Shown one piece after another: positions 54,235-64,000 of a stretch of 64,000 nt of DNA. The position numbers and the translations under genes are program-made. This stretch comes from Cytophagaceae bacterium. GTDB taxonomy: Bacteria > Bacteroidota > Bacteroidia > Cytophagales > Spirosomataceae. The first letter of the stretch is position 1. Every line of letters starts with the position of its first letter. Under the pieces are notes generated by a model. It did no database searches, was not told the origin of the DNA, and was given only the letters and a program-made list of their open reading frames with translations. The stretch is taken from NCBI GenBank assembly GCA_947450365.1, contig CANFVE010000001.1:26538-90537 (forward strand). Direction: 5' to 3'.

Positions 54235-57162
54235 ATGCGTTACAAAAGTGCCATTATTTGGCTGTCTACGATTATTTCAGCCCTATGTATTTTCTTTCTT
54301 TCCTTTTCATGGAAAGCAGATCAATTAAGAGATCAAGCCAATGCCTATGCGACGAGCAAGGACGGTACCTATGATCCTGCGAAACGTTTACACTTCATTG
54401 ATTCTCTTTGGAAACAACCTGTTTATTTGGGTTATACGTTCCAAGAGGTAACTCAATACGCCTTGCACAAAGGCTTGGACTTAGAAGGCGGTTTGCATGC
54501 GGTCTTAGAAGTTTCTCCTGTAGAAATTTTGCGTGCCCTTTCTGGAAAGAGCAATGATCCTAATTTTGAAAAGGCCTTGGCGCAAGCGAGTGCTAAATTA
54601 GCGTCTTCCAACAAGCCGTTTAATGAATTATTTTATGAGGAATTTGCTTCGGTAGCACCCAATCAGACATTGGCTTCTGTCTTTGCGAACTCGGTGAATC
54701 GTGGAAAAATTAGTTCTACTTCGTCGGATTCACAAGTGAAAAAGGTAATTGATGCAGAGATTGATGGGGCTGTGGATCGGGTGTACAAGATTATTCAAGC
54801 GCGTATTGATAAATTTGGGGTTGCGAATCCAAACATCCAACGGTTGCCAGGATCTAACCGTATCCAAGTGGAATTACCAGGAGTTGATAATCCAGAGCGT
54901 GCTCGTAAATTATTGTCTGGCGCGGCGAAATTAGAGTTTATCGAGTGTTTTGAATTGAATGAATATGGTACAGGCTTGAATGCATTAGGTGCCTTATTGG
55001 ATCAAGAAGCGAAGTCGCCAGCAGTGGCGGCTGCGGCTGCGGCTCCGGCGGCGAAGGATACTGAGACGAATTCATTGGCTTCTCAATTAGCGAAACCAGC
55101 GGCCAAGGATTCTGGCAAGGCAAAAGCTGATACATCAGCAGGTTCGGCATTGACAAAATTATTCTTGCCATTGGGTAATGGCATTGGGGTATATCGGAAA
55201 GATACGGCGCGGGTGAATGCATTGTTCCGTCGGGCAGATGTGAAAGCATTTTTCCCTGCGAATTTGTCATTTGCGTGGGCTGCGAAAGGAATTCCTGCGA
55301 CCAATGGAGATGAGATTTTAACTTTAGAGGCTTTGAAAAAAGCGGAAGGTCAGTCGGCGCCTTTGGAAGGAGATGTGATTACGGATGCGGCGCAAGATTT
55401 TGATCAAGGTGGTCGTGCGGAAGTGACGATGGCGATGAATGGAACGGGAGCTCGGATATGGAAAAACTTGACGGGTGCGAATGTGGGCCGTCGGATTGCG
55501 ATTGTGTTGGATGGCTATGTGTATTCAGCGCCAGTGATCAATGGTGAGATTGGTGGAGGTCGTTCTTCGATTTCAGGAAGTTTCACGGTGGAAGAGGCGA
55601 AGGATTTAGCGAACGTGTTGAAGGCTGGTAAATTACCTGCGCCGACTCGTATCGTGGAAGATGCGTTTATCGGACCTTCTTTAGGAGCGGAGTCGATTAA
55701 TCAAGGCTATATGTCCATGGCCTTTGGCCTGTTATTGGTCATCGTGTTTATGGTGGGATATTATGGCACACCGGGATGGATGGCGAATTTGGCCTTGTTC
55801 TTTAACTTATTCTTTATTGCGGGTGTATTAGTTCAAATCCAAGCGGCCTTGACTTTGCCGGGTATCGCGGGTATCGTGCTGACGTTGGGTATGGCGGTGG
55901 ATGCGAACGTGTTGATTAATGAGCGTATTCGGGAGGAATTGCATAAAGGAAAGGGCTTGCTCGAATCGATTCAATTGGGATATGAGAAGGCGTTAAGTGC
56001 GATTTTGGATGGTAACATTACGACGATTTTGGTGGGTGTTATTTTGATTATTTTCGGTTCTGGATCGGTGAAAGGATTTGGGGTGACTTTATGTATTGGT
56101 TTGGTGACGTCGGTATTTACGGCAGTGTACATATCCCATATCTTGATTGATTGGATGGCGAAACGTGCGATTAAGGCAGGTAAGGAGAAGGAGATGACGT
56201 TTGAGACATTCATTTCACGTGATTTGTTCAAAGGCATGAATTTCGATTTCATTGGCAAGCGTAAATATTCGTATGTATTCTCGTGGGCCTTGATTTTGAT
56301 TGGTGCGGTGGTATTATTTATGCAAGGTGGATTTAATTTGGGGGTTGACTTCAAAGGAGGTCGTTCCTATGTGGTGGAATTTGCCCAACCGGTCGAAGCG
56401 GGTAAGGTAAAAGAGGCTTTATCAGATGATTTTAAAGGCAAGGGCGTGGAGGTAAAAACCTTTAATGGTGCGAGCAAATTAAAAATAACGACAGCATATT
56501 TGGTTGAAGATGAGTCGATTACGGCGAATGGAACGGTTCGTAAGGCTTTAGAAAATGGGTTGAAGGAATTTGCGGGGAATTCGCCGACGATCGTTTCGGA
56601 ATCCAAGGTGGGTGCGACGGTTGCGGATGATATTTTGATGCAGTCGTTTGTGTCGATTTTCTATGCCTTGATCGCGATTTTCATTTATATTTTGATTCGT
56701 TTCCGCAAGTGGCAATATTCATTAGGAGGTATTGTGGCTTTGTTGCACGATACCTTGGTGGTATTGGGTATGGTTGGAATTGTTCGTTTGTTTGGTTTCG
56801 AGTTAGAGGTAGACCAAGTATTTATTGCGGCGATTTTGACAGTGATTGGATATTCGATTAATGATACGGTGGTTGTATTTGACCGTATTCGGGAGGAAAT
56901 CGGAATTAATCCGGATTTAGGCAATAAGGAATTGATGATTAAGACGATAAATGAATCGATTAATCATACGATGTCGAGAACGGTGATGACGGCGACGACT
57001 GTATTTTTGGTGGTGACGGTGTTGTTGTTTTTCGGTGGAGATGTATTGCGTGGATTCTCTTTTGCGATGTTTGTTGGGGTTGTTTTTGGTGCATATTCTT
57101 CTATTTTTGTAGCGGCGCCCATTGTGATTGACTTCGCTTCGAAACCTAAAACAAAGAAATAA
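54235..57162 (+). CDS. secDF: Protein translocase subunit SecDF (fused)
   Basis: GLDLEGG, GMAVDANVLINERIREE, LGVDFKGG, GYSINDTVVVFDRIRE, GAYSSIFVAAP. Confidence 0.97.
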   Translation: MRYKSAIIWLSTIISALCIFFLSFSWKADQLRDQANAYATSKDGTYDPAKRLHFIDSLWKQPVYLGYTFQEVTQYALHKGLDLEGGLHAVLEVSPVEILRALSGKSNDPNFEKALAQASAKLASSNKPFNELFYEEFASVAPNQTLASVFANSVNRGKISSTSSDSQVKKVIDAEIDGAVDRVYKIIQARIDKFGVANPNIQRLPGSNRIQVELPGVDNPERARKLLSGAAKLEFIECFELNEYGTGLNALGALLDQEAKSPAVAAAAAAPAAKDTETNSLASQLAKPAAKDSGKAKADTSAGSALTKLFLPLGNGIGVYRKDTARVNALFRRADVKAFFPANLSFAWAAKGIPATNGDEILTLEALKKAEGQSAPLEGDVITDAAQDFDQGGRAEVTMAMNGTGARIWKNLTGANVGRRIAIVLDGYVYSAPVINGEIGGGRSSISGSFTVEEAKDLANVLKAGKLPAPTRIVEDAFIGPSLGAESINQGYMSMAFGLLLVIVFMVGYYGTPGWMANLALFFNLFFIAGVLVQIQAALTLPGIAGIVLTLGMAVDANVLINERIREELHKGKGLLESIQLGYEKALSAILDGNITTILVGVILIIFGSGSVKGFGVTLCIGLVTSVFTAVYISHILIDWMAKRAIKAGKEKEMTFETFISRDLFKGMNFDFIGKRKYSYVFSWALILIGAVVLFMQGGFNLGVDFKGGRSYVVEFAQPVEAGKVKEALSDDFKGKGVEVKTFNGASKLKITTAYLVEDESITANGTVRKALENGLKEFAGNSPTIVSESKVGATVADDILMQSFVSIFYALIAIFIYILIRFRKWQYSLGGIVALLHDTLVVLGMVGIVRLFGFELEVDQVFIAAILTVIGYSINDTVVVFDRIREEIGINPDLGNKELMIKTINESINHTMSRTVMTATTVFLVVTVLLFFGGDVLRGFSFAMFVGVVFGAYSSIFVAAPIVIDFASKPKTKK

Positions 57163-57167
57163 GGTTG

Positions 57168-57197
57168 ATGCCGGCGGTCTGAATGGGTTGCCGGCAT
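57168..57197 (+). terminator. Possible terminator hairpin after secDF
   Basis: ATGCCGGC...GCCGGCAT stem extended by G-U pairs, weak T tract. Confidence 0.45.
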
Positions 57198-57223
57198 TTA
57201 TATTTCATCTTAAATTTATAACT

Positions 57224-58672
57224 ATGGACAACAGTATTTGGAGAAAAAAACCAATGCATATGTTTGAGCAAGACATGCAAAAAAGTGAGCTCAAGCGTGT
57301 ATTAGGTAAATGGAGTTTAACGGCGATTGGGATTGGGGCGATTATTGGGGGTGGAGTGTTCGTGTTAACGGGAACGGCGGCGCATTATCATGCGGGTCCG
57401 GCATTGGCGATATCATTTGTGATTGCGGGTATTGGCTGTATTTTTGCGGCATTGTGTTATGCGGAATTTGCAGCGATGTTGCCCGTAGAAGGAAGCGCGT
57501 ATGCGTATGCGTATGGAACGGTGGGTGAGTTATTTGCATGGATTATTGGTTGGGGATTGATTTTGGAATATGCGATGGGTGCGATGACGGTGGCGGTGAG
57601 TTGGTCTGGCTATTTCAATAAGCTCTTGCATCTCTTTGGGATACATTTACCTGAAAATTTAACGAATGATCCAGTTTCATATGGGGGTGCTGCGGTGAAT
57701 TTACCGGCTTTGGTGATTGTGTGGTTTGTGACTTGGATTTTGGTGAAGGGGATTAAGGAGGCTGCGAGCGCGAACAATTTGATCGTTGTGTTAAAGGTAG
57801 CGGTGATTTTGTTTGTGATTATTATGGGTGCTTTTTATATTGATGTAGCGAACTGGACTCCGTTTATTCCGGAGGAGACTTTGGTGCAACATGAAAGTGG
57901 AGAGATGCTTCCGGCCTATGGTTGGGGGGGTATTATTTCAGGAGCATCGGCTATTTTCTTTGCCTATATTGGTTTTGATGCAGTATCCACGCAGGCAGGA
58001 GAGGCGATAAATCCGAAGAAAGATATGCCTTTTGCGATTATAGCATCTTTGTTGATTTGTACGGTTTTGTACATTGCGGTTTCCTTGGTTTTGACGGGTA
58101 TGCTGAATTACAAAGACATTACGGGAGATGCGTTGAAGGCGCCTGTGGCGTTTGCGTTTGATGTGGCGGGCCAACCGTGGGCTGTGTTTGTGATTACGGC
58201 AGCGGCGACGGCGGGATTGTTATCGGTGATGTTGGTGATGATGTTAGGTCAAACCCGGGTTTTCTTGGGGATGGCGAAAGATGGTTTATTGCCAAAATTC
58301 TTTGCTGAGGTACATCCTACGTTTAAAACGCCGTGGAAGTCGACGATTTTAGTGGGGGCCGTGGTATCGATTGTCGCTGGTTTTACGCCGATTTCTTTAT
58401 TAGGCGACATGACCAGTTTTGGCACCTTGTTTGCCTTTACGATGGTTTGTTTGGCGGTATGGATATTGCGTTTTCGGGATCCGAATCGGGATCGTCCGTT
58501 TAAAGTTTCGGGCTTAAATATCATTGCACCGTTGGGCATTATTGTGAATACCTTTTTGATTTTGAATTTGGGTCGGACCGCGCAGGTGTTTGCGTTGATC
58601 TGGTTGTTTTTTGGTTTGTTTGTATATTTCTTATACGGCCGGCCGAAGTCGCATTTAAACACGCGAGTGTAA
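57224..58672 (+). CDS. Amino-acid permease (APC/cationic amino acid transporter family)
   Basis: GIGAIIGGGVF, LCYAEFA, GSAYAY, AYIGFDAVST, GDMTSFGTL. Confidence 0.93.
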   Translation: MDNSIWRKKPMHMFEQDMQKSELKRVLGKWSLTAIGIGAIIGGGVFVLTGTAAHYHAGPALAISFVIAGIGCIFAALCYAEFAAMLPVEGSAYAYAYGTVGELFAWIIGWGLILEYAMGAMTVAVSWSGYFNKLLHLFGIHLPENLTNDPVSYGGAAVNLPALVIVWFVTWILVKGIKEAASANNLIVVLKVAVILFVIIMGAFYIDVANWTPFIPEETLVQHESGEMLPAYGWGGIISGASAIFFAYIGFDAVSTQAGEAINPKKDMPFAIIASLLICTVLYIAVSLVLTGMLNYKDITGDALKAPVAFAFDVAGQPWAVFVITAAATAGLLSVMLVMMLGQTRVFLGMAKDGLLPKFFAEVHPTFKTPWKSTILVGAVVSIVAGFTPISLLGDMTSFGTLFAFTMVCLAVWILRFRDPNRDRPFKVSGLNIIAPLGIIVNTFLILNLGRTAQVFALIWLFFGLFVYFLYGRPKSHLNTRV

Positions 58673-58676
58673 TAGG

Positions 58677-58705
58677 AAAAGCCTCCGATTCGGGGGCTTT
58701 TTTTT
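58677..58705 (+). terminator. Rho-independent terminator
   Basis: AAAAGCCTCCG-att-CGGGGGCTTTTTTTT after the permease stop. Confidence 0.82.
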
Positions 58706-58713
58706 GGGTGTGG

Positions 58714-59003
58714 TCTTTGGCAATCCTTTTCGATACGATTTGGGCGGGATCTTTGGCAATCCTTTTCGATACGATTTGGGCGGGATCTTTGGCAATCCTT
58801 GCCAATGAAATAGGAGGACATTTGGGAATGGCGAGGTTTGCCAAAGCCAACCTGGCGGGATTTACCTTTGTCAAACCTTGAACCTTTCGTGCTTTAGGAC
58901 TTGCCAGGTTTAGGATTGACAAAGGGGCGGGATTTACCTTTGTCAAACCTTAATACTTTCGTGTTTTAGGACTCGCCAGGTTTAGGATTGACAAAGGGGC
59001 GGA
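58714..59003. repeat. Composite REP/BIME-like cluster: 36-bp x2.4, one 60-bp palindrome, 72-bp x2
   Basis: identical 36-mers at 58714 and 58750; 60-bp CTTTGGCAATCCTT..AGGTTTGCCAAAG at 58787-58846; 72-bp units at 58854 and 58926 with arms CCTTTGTCAAACCT/AGGATTGACAAAGG. Confidence 0.9.
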
Positions 59004-59031
59004 CCCATGTACATTTCTCAAGATTTTGGCG

Positions 59032-59039
59032 TATTTTTG
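59032..59039 (+). promoter_or_regulatory. -7 element for prfC (TATTTTTG)
   Basis: TAnnTTTG 17 nt upstream of prfC ATG. Confidence 0.45.
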
Positions 59040-59056
59040 TGGCTTGAAAAGACATT

Positions 59057-60649
59057 ATGCAGAAGCTTGAAGCTGAAATTGCCAAACGAAGGACCTTTGG
59101 AATTATCTCTCACCCGGATGCGGGGAAAACAACCTTAACGGAGAAATTGCTCCTTTTTGGGGGAGCGATTCAGACGGCCGGTGCGGTAAAATCGAATAAG
59201 ATTAAGAAAGGTGCGACGTCCGATTTTATGGAAATCGAACGACAAAGAGGAATTTCCGTGGCGACTTCCGTGATGACCTTCGAATACAACGATGTAAAAA
59301 TCAATATCCTGGATACGCCAGGGCACAAGGATTTTGCCGAAGATACGTATCGTACCTTGACGGCAGTGGATTCGGTGATTTTAGTGATTGATTGCGTGAA
59401 GGGGGTGGAGGAACAGACGGAGCGATTGATGGAGGTGTGTCGGATGCGTAAAACGCCTGTGATTATTTTCATCAATAAAATGGATCGCGAGGGTCGAAAC
59501 CCATTTGATCTATTAGATGAATTGGAACAAAAATTAGGGATTTCAGTGCGGCCTTTGACTTGGCCGATTAATATGGGGCAGAATTTCAAGGGGGTATATC
59601 ATTTGTTGGATCGCTCGTTAAACCTCTTTTCGGCCAATAAAACGAAGATTGAAAAGAATGTTGTTTCAGTGGATATTGCAAGTGAGGAATTGGATGCACG
59701 GGTAGGCGAGCGGGATGCGGCCCAATTGCGGGAAGATGTGGATTTAGTCGAGGGTGTTTATGAGCCATTTGATCGGTCAGATTATTTGTCTGCTGATTTA
59801 GCACCGGTGTTTTTCGGTTCGGCGGTGAATAATTTTGGGATTCAGGAGTTGTTGGACACCTTTACGAAGATTGCGCCATCGACCCAGCCGCGGGGAACGG
59901 ATATCCGTTTGGTCCAACCCGAAGAGAAAAAATTCACAGGTTTTGTGTTTAAAATTCATGCGAATTTGGATCCCAAACATCGGGATCGGATCGCATTTTT
60001 ACGGATTTGTTCAGGGGTGTTTCATCGGAATACATTTTACCAACATATTCGACTGAAGAAAAATGTCCGTTTTGCCAATCCATATAATTTTATGGCCCAA
60101 GACAAGGAAGTTGTGGAAGAAGGATTTCCAGGGGATGTAATTGGTTTATATGATACGGGAACGTTTAAGATAGGGGATACATTGACCGAGGGCGAGGTCT
60201 TGAATTATCAAGGAATTCCGAGTTTTTCGCCGGAGATTTTTAAGGAATTGATCAATTTGGATCCGATGAAATCGAAGCAATTGGAAAAAGGAATCGACCA
60301 ATTGACCGATGAGGGCGTGGCTCAATTATTTACCCAACCGCAACTCGGAAATCGAAAAATCGTGGGTACCGTGGGAGATTTGCAATATGAAGTGATTCAA
60401 TATCGCTTGGAACATGAATATGGGGCGAAATGTCGGTTTGATGGGATGTCGGTGACCAAAGCCTGCTGGATTACCTCCGAAGACACCAAAAAATTACAAG
60501 AATTTGTACGTCTAAAAGGCCAAAACATCGCACAAGACAAGGATGGAAATTATGTCTTTTTGGCGGAATCTGATTGGATTTTACGGATGAATCAAACGAA
60601 TAATCCGGAGATCGAATTTCATTTTACGTCGGAGTTTAAATTGGCCTAA
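59057..60649 (+). CDS. prfC: Peptide chain release factor 3
   Basis: [46 protein letters not shown]. Confidence 0.97.
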   Translation: MQKLEAEIAKRRTFGIISHPDAGKTTLTEKLLLFGGAIQTAGAVKSNKIKKGATSDFMEIERQRGISVATSVMTFEYNDVKINILDTPGHKDFAEDTYRTLTAVDSVILVIDCVKGVEEQTERLMEVCRMRKTPVIIFINKMDREGRNPFDLLDELEQKLGISVRPLTWPINMGQNFKGVYHLLDRSLNLFSANKTKIEKNVVSVDIASEELDARVGERDAAQLREDVDLVEGVYEPFDRSDYLSADLAPVFFGSAVNNFGIQELLDTFTKIAPSTQPRGTDIRLVQPEEKKFTGFVFKIHANLDPKHRDRIAFLRICSGVFHRNTFYQHIRLKKNVRFANPYNFMAQDKEVVEEGFPGDVIGLYDTGTFKIGDTLTEGEVLNYQGIPSFSPEIFKELINLDPMKSKQLEKGIDQLTDEGVAQLFTQPQLGNRKIVGTVGDLQYEVIQYRLEHEYGAKCRFDGMSVTKACWITSEDTKKLQEFVRLKGQNIAQDKDGNYVFLAESDWILRMNQTNNPEIEFHFTSEFKLA

Positions 60650-60669
60650 GGGAGGGCCTTTGGGTGCCC

Positions 60670-60729
60670 CTTTGGCAATCCTTACCAATTCAGCTCGAAG
60701 ATTTTTTAGACTGGCAAGGTTTGCCAAAG
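60670..60729. repeat. 60-bp REP-like palindrome
   Basis: CTTTGGCAATCCTTACCA...TGGCAAGGTTTGCCAAAG; same length and arms as 58787-58846, different centre. Confidence 0.82.
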
Positions 60730-60745
60730 CTTGCAAAAGGAATTC

Positions 60746-62488
60746 CTACACCAAATTCAAATCCCTTTGAATCATTTTCACCTTTTCCTGTAAATTCACA
60801 AAAGTCGAATCGAACTCCGCCGCGGAAGCAAGAGGCGCATTCACCGATACATAAAATTTAATCTTGGGCTCTGTACCCGAAGGGCGCGCAGAGACCTTGG
60901 AACCATCCGCTAAAATCAACTGAATCACATTCGATGATTCGATGCCCCGACCTTCCACAATCACACTTACTTCCCCCGTCACTAAATCAGTCGACGTCAA
61001 GCCTTCATAATCCAATACCCGAACTGGTTTCGAACCCGCCACAGATGCAGGGACATTTGAGCGCAAATTGATCATCATTTGCTTAATTTCTTCCGCTCCA
61101 GCTTTCCCTTTTTTGGTCAACGAAATCAGCCCCTCATAATAAAAATTATTTTCCATGTACATCTCGGCCAAGAAATCGAACAAGGACAATCCCTGATCCT
61201 TCGCATAAGCCGTCAATTCCGCGATCATCGCACAGGAGGCCACGGCATCTTTATCACGCACCGCATCACCAATCAAATAGCCATAGGATTCCTCCCCTCC
61301 GCCCAAGAATTTCTCCTGGCCCTCCAACTCCCGAATCACCTGCGCAATAAATTTAAATCCGGTTAATGTATTGTAACATGGTACTCCCTTTTTCGCACAC
61401 ATTTGATCTATTAAATCGGTTGTTACGATAGTCTTGGCCACAAATTCATTGCCCTGTAATGGACTCACTTTCAACAAATAATAAATAATCAAACTCGCCA
61501 TTTGATTCCCATTCAATAATTGCCATTCGCCTGATGGCCCCTTCACCGCCGCCCCCACACGGTCCGCATCCGGATCCGTCGCAATGACCAAATCCGCATC
61601 CAATTCCTTCGCCTTCGCTAATGCCAACGTCATCGCCTCTTTTTCTTCGGGATTTGGATAAATGACTGTTGGGAAATTCCCATTCGGCTCCGCCTGTTCC
61701 GCTACTACGTGTACCGCCTCGAATCCTAAACTCGCCAAAGCCTTGGGTACCAAGGTAATACCCGTTCCATGAATGGGAGAAAAGACGATTTTAAGATCTT
61801 TTTGGCGTTTAATGACTTCTGGTTGCCGACAATTCGTTCGTATCGTTGCCAAATAGGCCTCATCAATCGACACGTCCAACCAATGCAATAAGTCAGGATT
61901 TCCCTCGAACTTAATCTCTGTAATACTTTGTATTGCCTGTACTTCCGCAACAATATTTTTATCATGCGGCGCGACCACCTGGGATCCGTCAGCCCAATAG
62001 GCCTTATACCCATTGTACTCCTTCGGATTGTGTGATGCGGTAATGACTAACCCAGCTTGACAACCTAAATGCCGCACGGTAAAGGACAATTGGGGCGTAG
62101 GCCTAAGCGCGGGAAATAAATAAACCTCGATGCCATTTGCCGTAAAAATATCAGCTGCAATCCGTGTAAATTCAGGGGAATTATTCCGAGAATCATGGGC
62201 TATCGCTACCTTAATTGACTGCCCTGGAAGTGATTTTAGCAGATAATTGGCAAATCCTTGCGTCGCAGCACCCACCGTGTAGCGATTCATTCGATTGCAT
62301 CCCACACCCATTTCGCCACGCATGCCTCCGGTTCCGAATTCCAAGGATTTATAAAATGAATCTGTTAAGGTTATTTGGTCCTCTTTTTCGATCAATTCCT
62401 GAATAATGGATTTCGTATCTGCATCATAAGGGCCTGTAAGCCATTGGTCGATGTTTTGTTGAGTACTTGGGTCGAATTGTAGAGACAT
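60746..62488 (-). CDS. pgm: Phospho-sugar mutase (phosphoglucomutase/phosphomannomutase)
   Basis: FGTGGMRG, ITASHNP active-site serine, TDPDADR metal loop, RPSGTEPKIKFY. Confidence 0.94.
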   Translation of the reverse strand: MSLQFDPSTQQNIDQWLTGPYDADTKSIIQELIEKEDQITLTDSFYKSLEFGTGGMRGEMGVGCNRMNRYTVGAATQGFANYLLKSLPGQSIKVAIAHDSRNNSPEFTRIAADIFTANGIEVYLFPALRPTPQLSFTVRHLGCQAGLVITASHNPKEYNGYKAYWADGSQVVAPHDKNIVAEVQAIQSITEIKFEGNPDLLHWLDVSIDEAYLATIRTNCRQPEVIKRQKDLKIVFSPIHGTGITLVPKALASLGFEAVHVVAEQAEPNGNFPTVIYPNPEEKEAMTLALAKAKELDADLVIATDPDADRVGAAVKGPSGEWQLLNGNQMASLIIYYLLKVSPLQGNEFVAKTIVTTDLIDQMCAKKGVPCYNTLTGFKFIAQVIRELEGQEKFLGGGEESYGYLIGDAVRDKDAVASCAMIAELTAYAKDQGLSLFDFLAEMYMENNFYYEGLISLTKKGKAGAEEIKQMMINLRSNVPASVAGSKPVRVLDYEGLTSTDLVTGEVSVIVEGRGIESSNVIQLILADGSKVSARPSGTEPKIKFYVSVNAPLASAAEFDSTFVNLQEKVKMIQRDLNLV

Positions 62489-62523
62489 GGATGTATGTGC
62501 TGGATTTCTATAAAAAAATTTAG

Positions 62524-62531
62524 CAAAGATA
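62524..62531 (-). promoter_or_regulatory. -7 element for pgm (TATCTTTG)
   Basis: TAnnTTTG-C upstream of ATG 62488. Confidence 0.5.
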
Positions 62532-62651
62532 ATTTTTAATTGGTTTTTAAAGGCCGACAATAAGTTATAATTTTATTTTTCATCGCTGATTAGAAGTAGT
62601 TTTAGATTTTTTATAAATATAGCTCACGCATTTAATTGGAATTGTTTTTCT

Positions 62652-63398
62652 ATGGACAGTAATTATTACAAAGATTATTTTGAATTGGAGCGGAGGAATT
62701 GGTGGTTTTTAGCGCGCAAAGAAATTATTTTATCGCAGGTTGAAAAATTATACAAGTCCAAAGGTGAACCCTTAAAAATAATCAATGTAGGGGTTGCCAC
62801 AGGCGCCACAAGTGAAATGCTTGCCGCTTTTGGTCAAGTAACATCCATCGAATACGAACAAGCTTGTATCGATTTTACCAAAACTAAAATTAATATCGAT
62901 ATCGAATTAGGTACGATTTTAGATATCAAATATCCCAACGAAACCTTCGATTTGGTCTGCGCTTTTGACGTCATCGAGCATGTCGAAAATGACCAAAAAG
63001 CTGCCTCCGAATTGTCTAGAATTTGTAAGACAGGAGGTCATGTATTCATCACCGTTCCTGCATTTATGAGTATTTGGAGTCACCACGATGTGATTAATCA
63101 CCACGTGAAACGCTATGTGATTTCAGAAATTCATGACTTGTTTTCCGATAGCCTGACTACGAAATACGTGTCGTATTATAATTTTTTCCTTTCGATGCCC
63201 ATTTTTATCGTTCGGTTTTTTGATCGATTATTACCAGGTTTTATCAAACGAAAAAATACAAATTCCGATTTTGACGTAGTTTCGAATCCTATTTTAAATC
63301 AACTATTGTATCGAATTTTTCTCTTTGAAAAAGGCATTATCAACACCAAAAAACGCTTTCCTTTTGGGGTATCTATTATTGGGATTTGGCAAAAATAA
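62652..63398 (+). CDS. Class I SAM-dependent methyltransferase (AT-rich)
   Basis: ERRNWWF..RK, INVGVATG, DLVCAFDVIEH, TVPAF..IWSHHD..NHH.KRY. Confidence 0.85.
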   Translation: MDSNYYKDYFELERRNWWFLARKEIILSQVEKLYKSKGEPLKIINVGVATGATSEMLAAFGQVTSIEYEQACIDFTKTKINIDIELGTILDIKYPNETFDLVCAFDVIEHVENDQKAASELSRICKTGGHVFITVPAFMSIWSHHDVINHHVKRYVISEIHDLFSDSLTTKYVSYYNFFLSMPIFIVRFFDRLLPGFIKRKNTNSDFDVVSNPILNQLLYRIFLFEKGIINTKKRFPFGVSIIGIWQK

Positions 63399-63438
63399 TC
63401 GCGTAGGATTTTCTGTAGGCCTTAAAGCACGTATTTTT

Positions 63439-64000
63439 TTAGAGTACCTTGCTTGTGATTTCGCCCTCAAAAACTTTAACGGCCGGACCCGTTAAGAAAA
63501 TATTTGTAAATCCATCTTGGGCATTTCCTTCAAACGAAACGGATAATTGACCTCCAAGGGTTTGGATTTGAATAGGGCTCTGTTGGCCCAATTTTTCCGC
63601 CGCACACAAGGCCGCCGCCGTTACACCCGTGCCACAGGAATAGGTTTCATCTTCCACACCTCGCTCGTAGGTGCGCACAAAAAGACCATTTTGACCTAAA
63701 TCTTGAACAAAGTTTACATTGGTCCCCCCTTGTTCCGCAAACGCATCGGAATATCGGATTTCAGCTCCGGCGTTTCGAACATCGTATGACTGAACATCCT
63801 CGCAGAAGCGTACATAATGTGGGGAACCGGTATTTGTGAAGTGGTCTTGGTTGATCTGAGAAATTTCAGATACATTTTGCATCTGCAAAGAGATCACCTC
63901 CTGGCTAATGAGGGCTGTATGTGGGCCGTCCACGGCAATAAAATTAGTTTTACCCGCTACAATGCCTAAATCCGCCGCAAAACGTACAAGGCAACGTCCT
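63439..64000 (-). CDS. dapF: Diaminopimelate epimerase (5'-truncated by window edge)
   Basis: GRC remnant of CGNGGRC at the edge, NTGSPH, NVNF, RTYERGVEDETYSCGTG, GPAVKVFEG. Confidence 0.93.
   Translation of the reverse strand, partial: GRCLVRFAADLGIVAGKTNFIAVDGPHTALISQEVISLQMQNVSEISQINQDHFTNTGSPHYVRFCEDVQSYDVRNAGAEIRYSDAFAEQGGTNVNFVQDLGQNGLFVRTYERGVEDETYSCGTGVTAAALCAAEKLGQQSPIQIQTLGGQLSVSFEGNAQDGFTNIFLTGPAVKVFEGEITSKVL

Noticed and set aside
58249-58946. Minus-strand ORFs 58249-58821 and 58539-58946
   Set aside because: Antisense to the permease and running through the repeat cluster; their repeated peptides come from the 36/72-bp DNA repeats.
58714-59003. Possible CRISPR array (36-bp repeats)
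   Set aside because: The 36-mers are directly adjacent with no unique spacers, there are only 2.4 copies, and no cas genes are present; a REP/BIME-like cluster fits better.
1-64000. tRNA, rRNA, riboswitch, integrase or transposase genes
   Set aside because: The intergenic gaps I read are short and show no cloverleaf or rRNA signatures, and no ORF has DDE, HUH or tyrosine-recombinase motifs. A covariance-model search (Infernal/tRNAscan-SE) would be needed to exclude small RNAs.

Overview
A 64-kb, mostly housekeeping window from a Bacteroidota chromosome. It is probably Cytophagales; this is inferred from gene content, the rel-fur-purA order and TAnnTTTG promoter boxes, and was not checked against a database. 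From left to right it carries: nuoB-J with a GT4 glycosyltransferase between nuoF and nuoG; a LytS/LytTR two-component pair and outer-membrane proteins; a minus-strand surface-glycan cluster (GT2, GT4s, methyltransferases, flippase, wecB); M16 peptidase-ispF-rel-fur-purA; tsaD, tamB, nadB, udk, ddl, mrp; a GH63 glucosidase; nadA/C, secDF, prfC, pgm and dapF. No rRNA, tRNA, CRISPR array or transposase was found. The standout signal is at 17.3-19.0 kb. A lone four-helix-bundle gene (23S rRNA-IVP/Avd-like) lies antisense inside the glycan cluster, bracketed by two mutually inverted arrays of a degenerate GC-rich heptamer (GGCCGGA/GTCCGGA/GGCGAAA). A third array of the same heptamer sits in frame inside wecB and encodes (ASGLQTP)x8. 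Secondary signals are a REP-like palindrome family (CTTTG[G/T]CAA...TTG[A/C]CAAAG) at 51.8, 58.7-59.0 and 60.7 kb, a 42-aa membrane ORF missed by the ORF track, phased LytTR-like operator repeats and an extended Ddl. All product calls come from motif recognition by eye.
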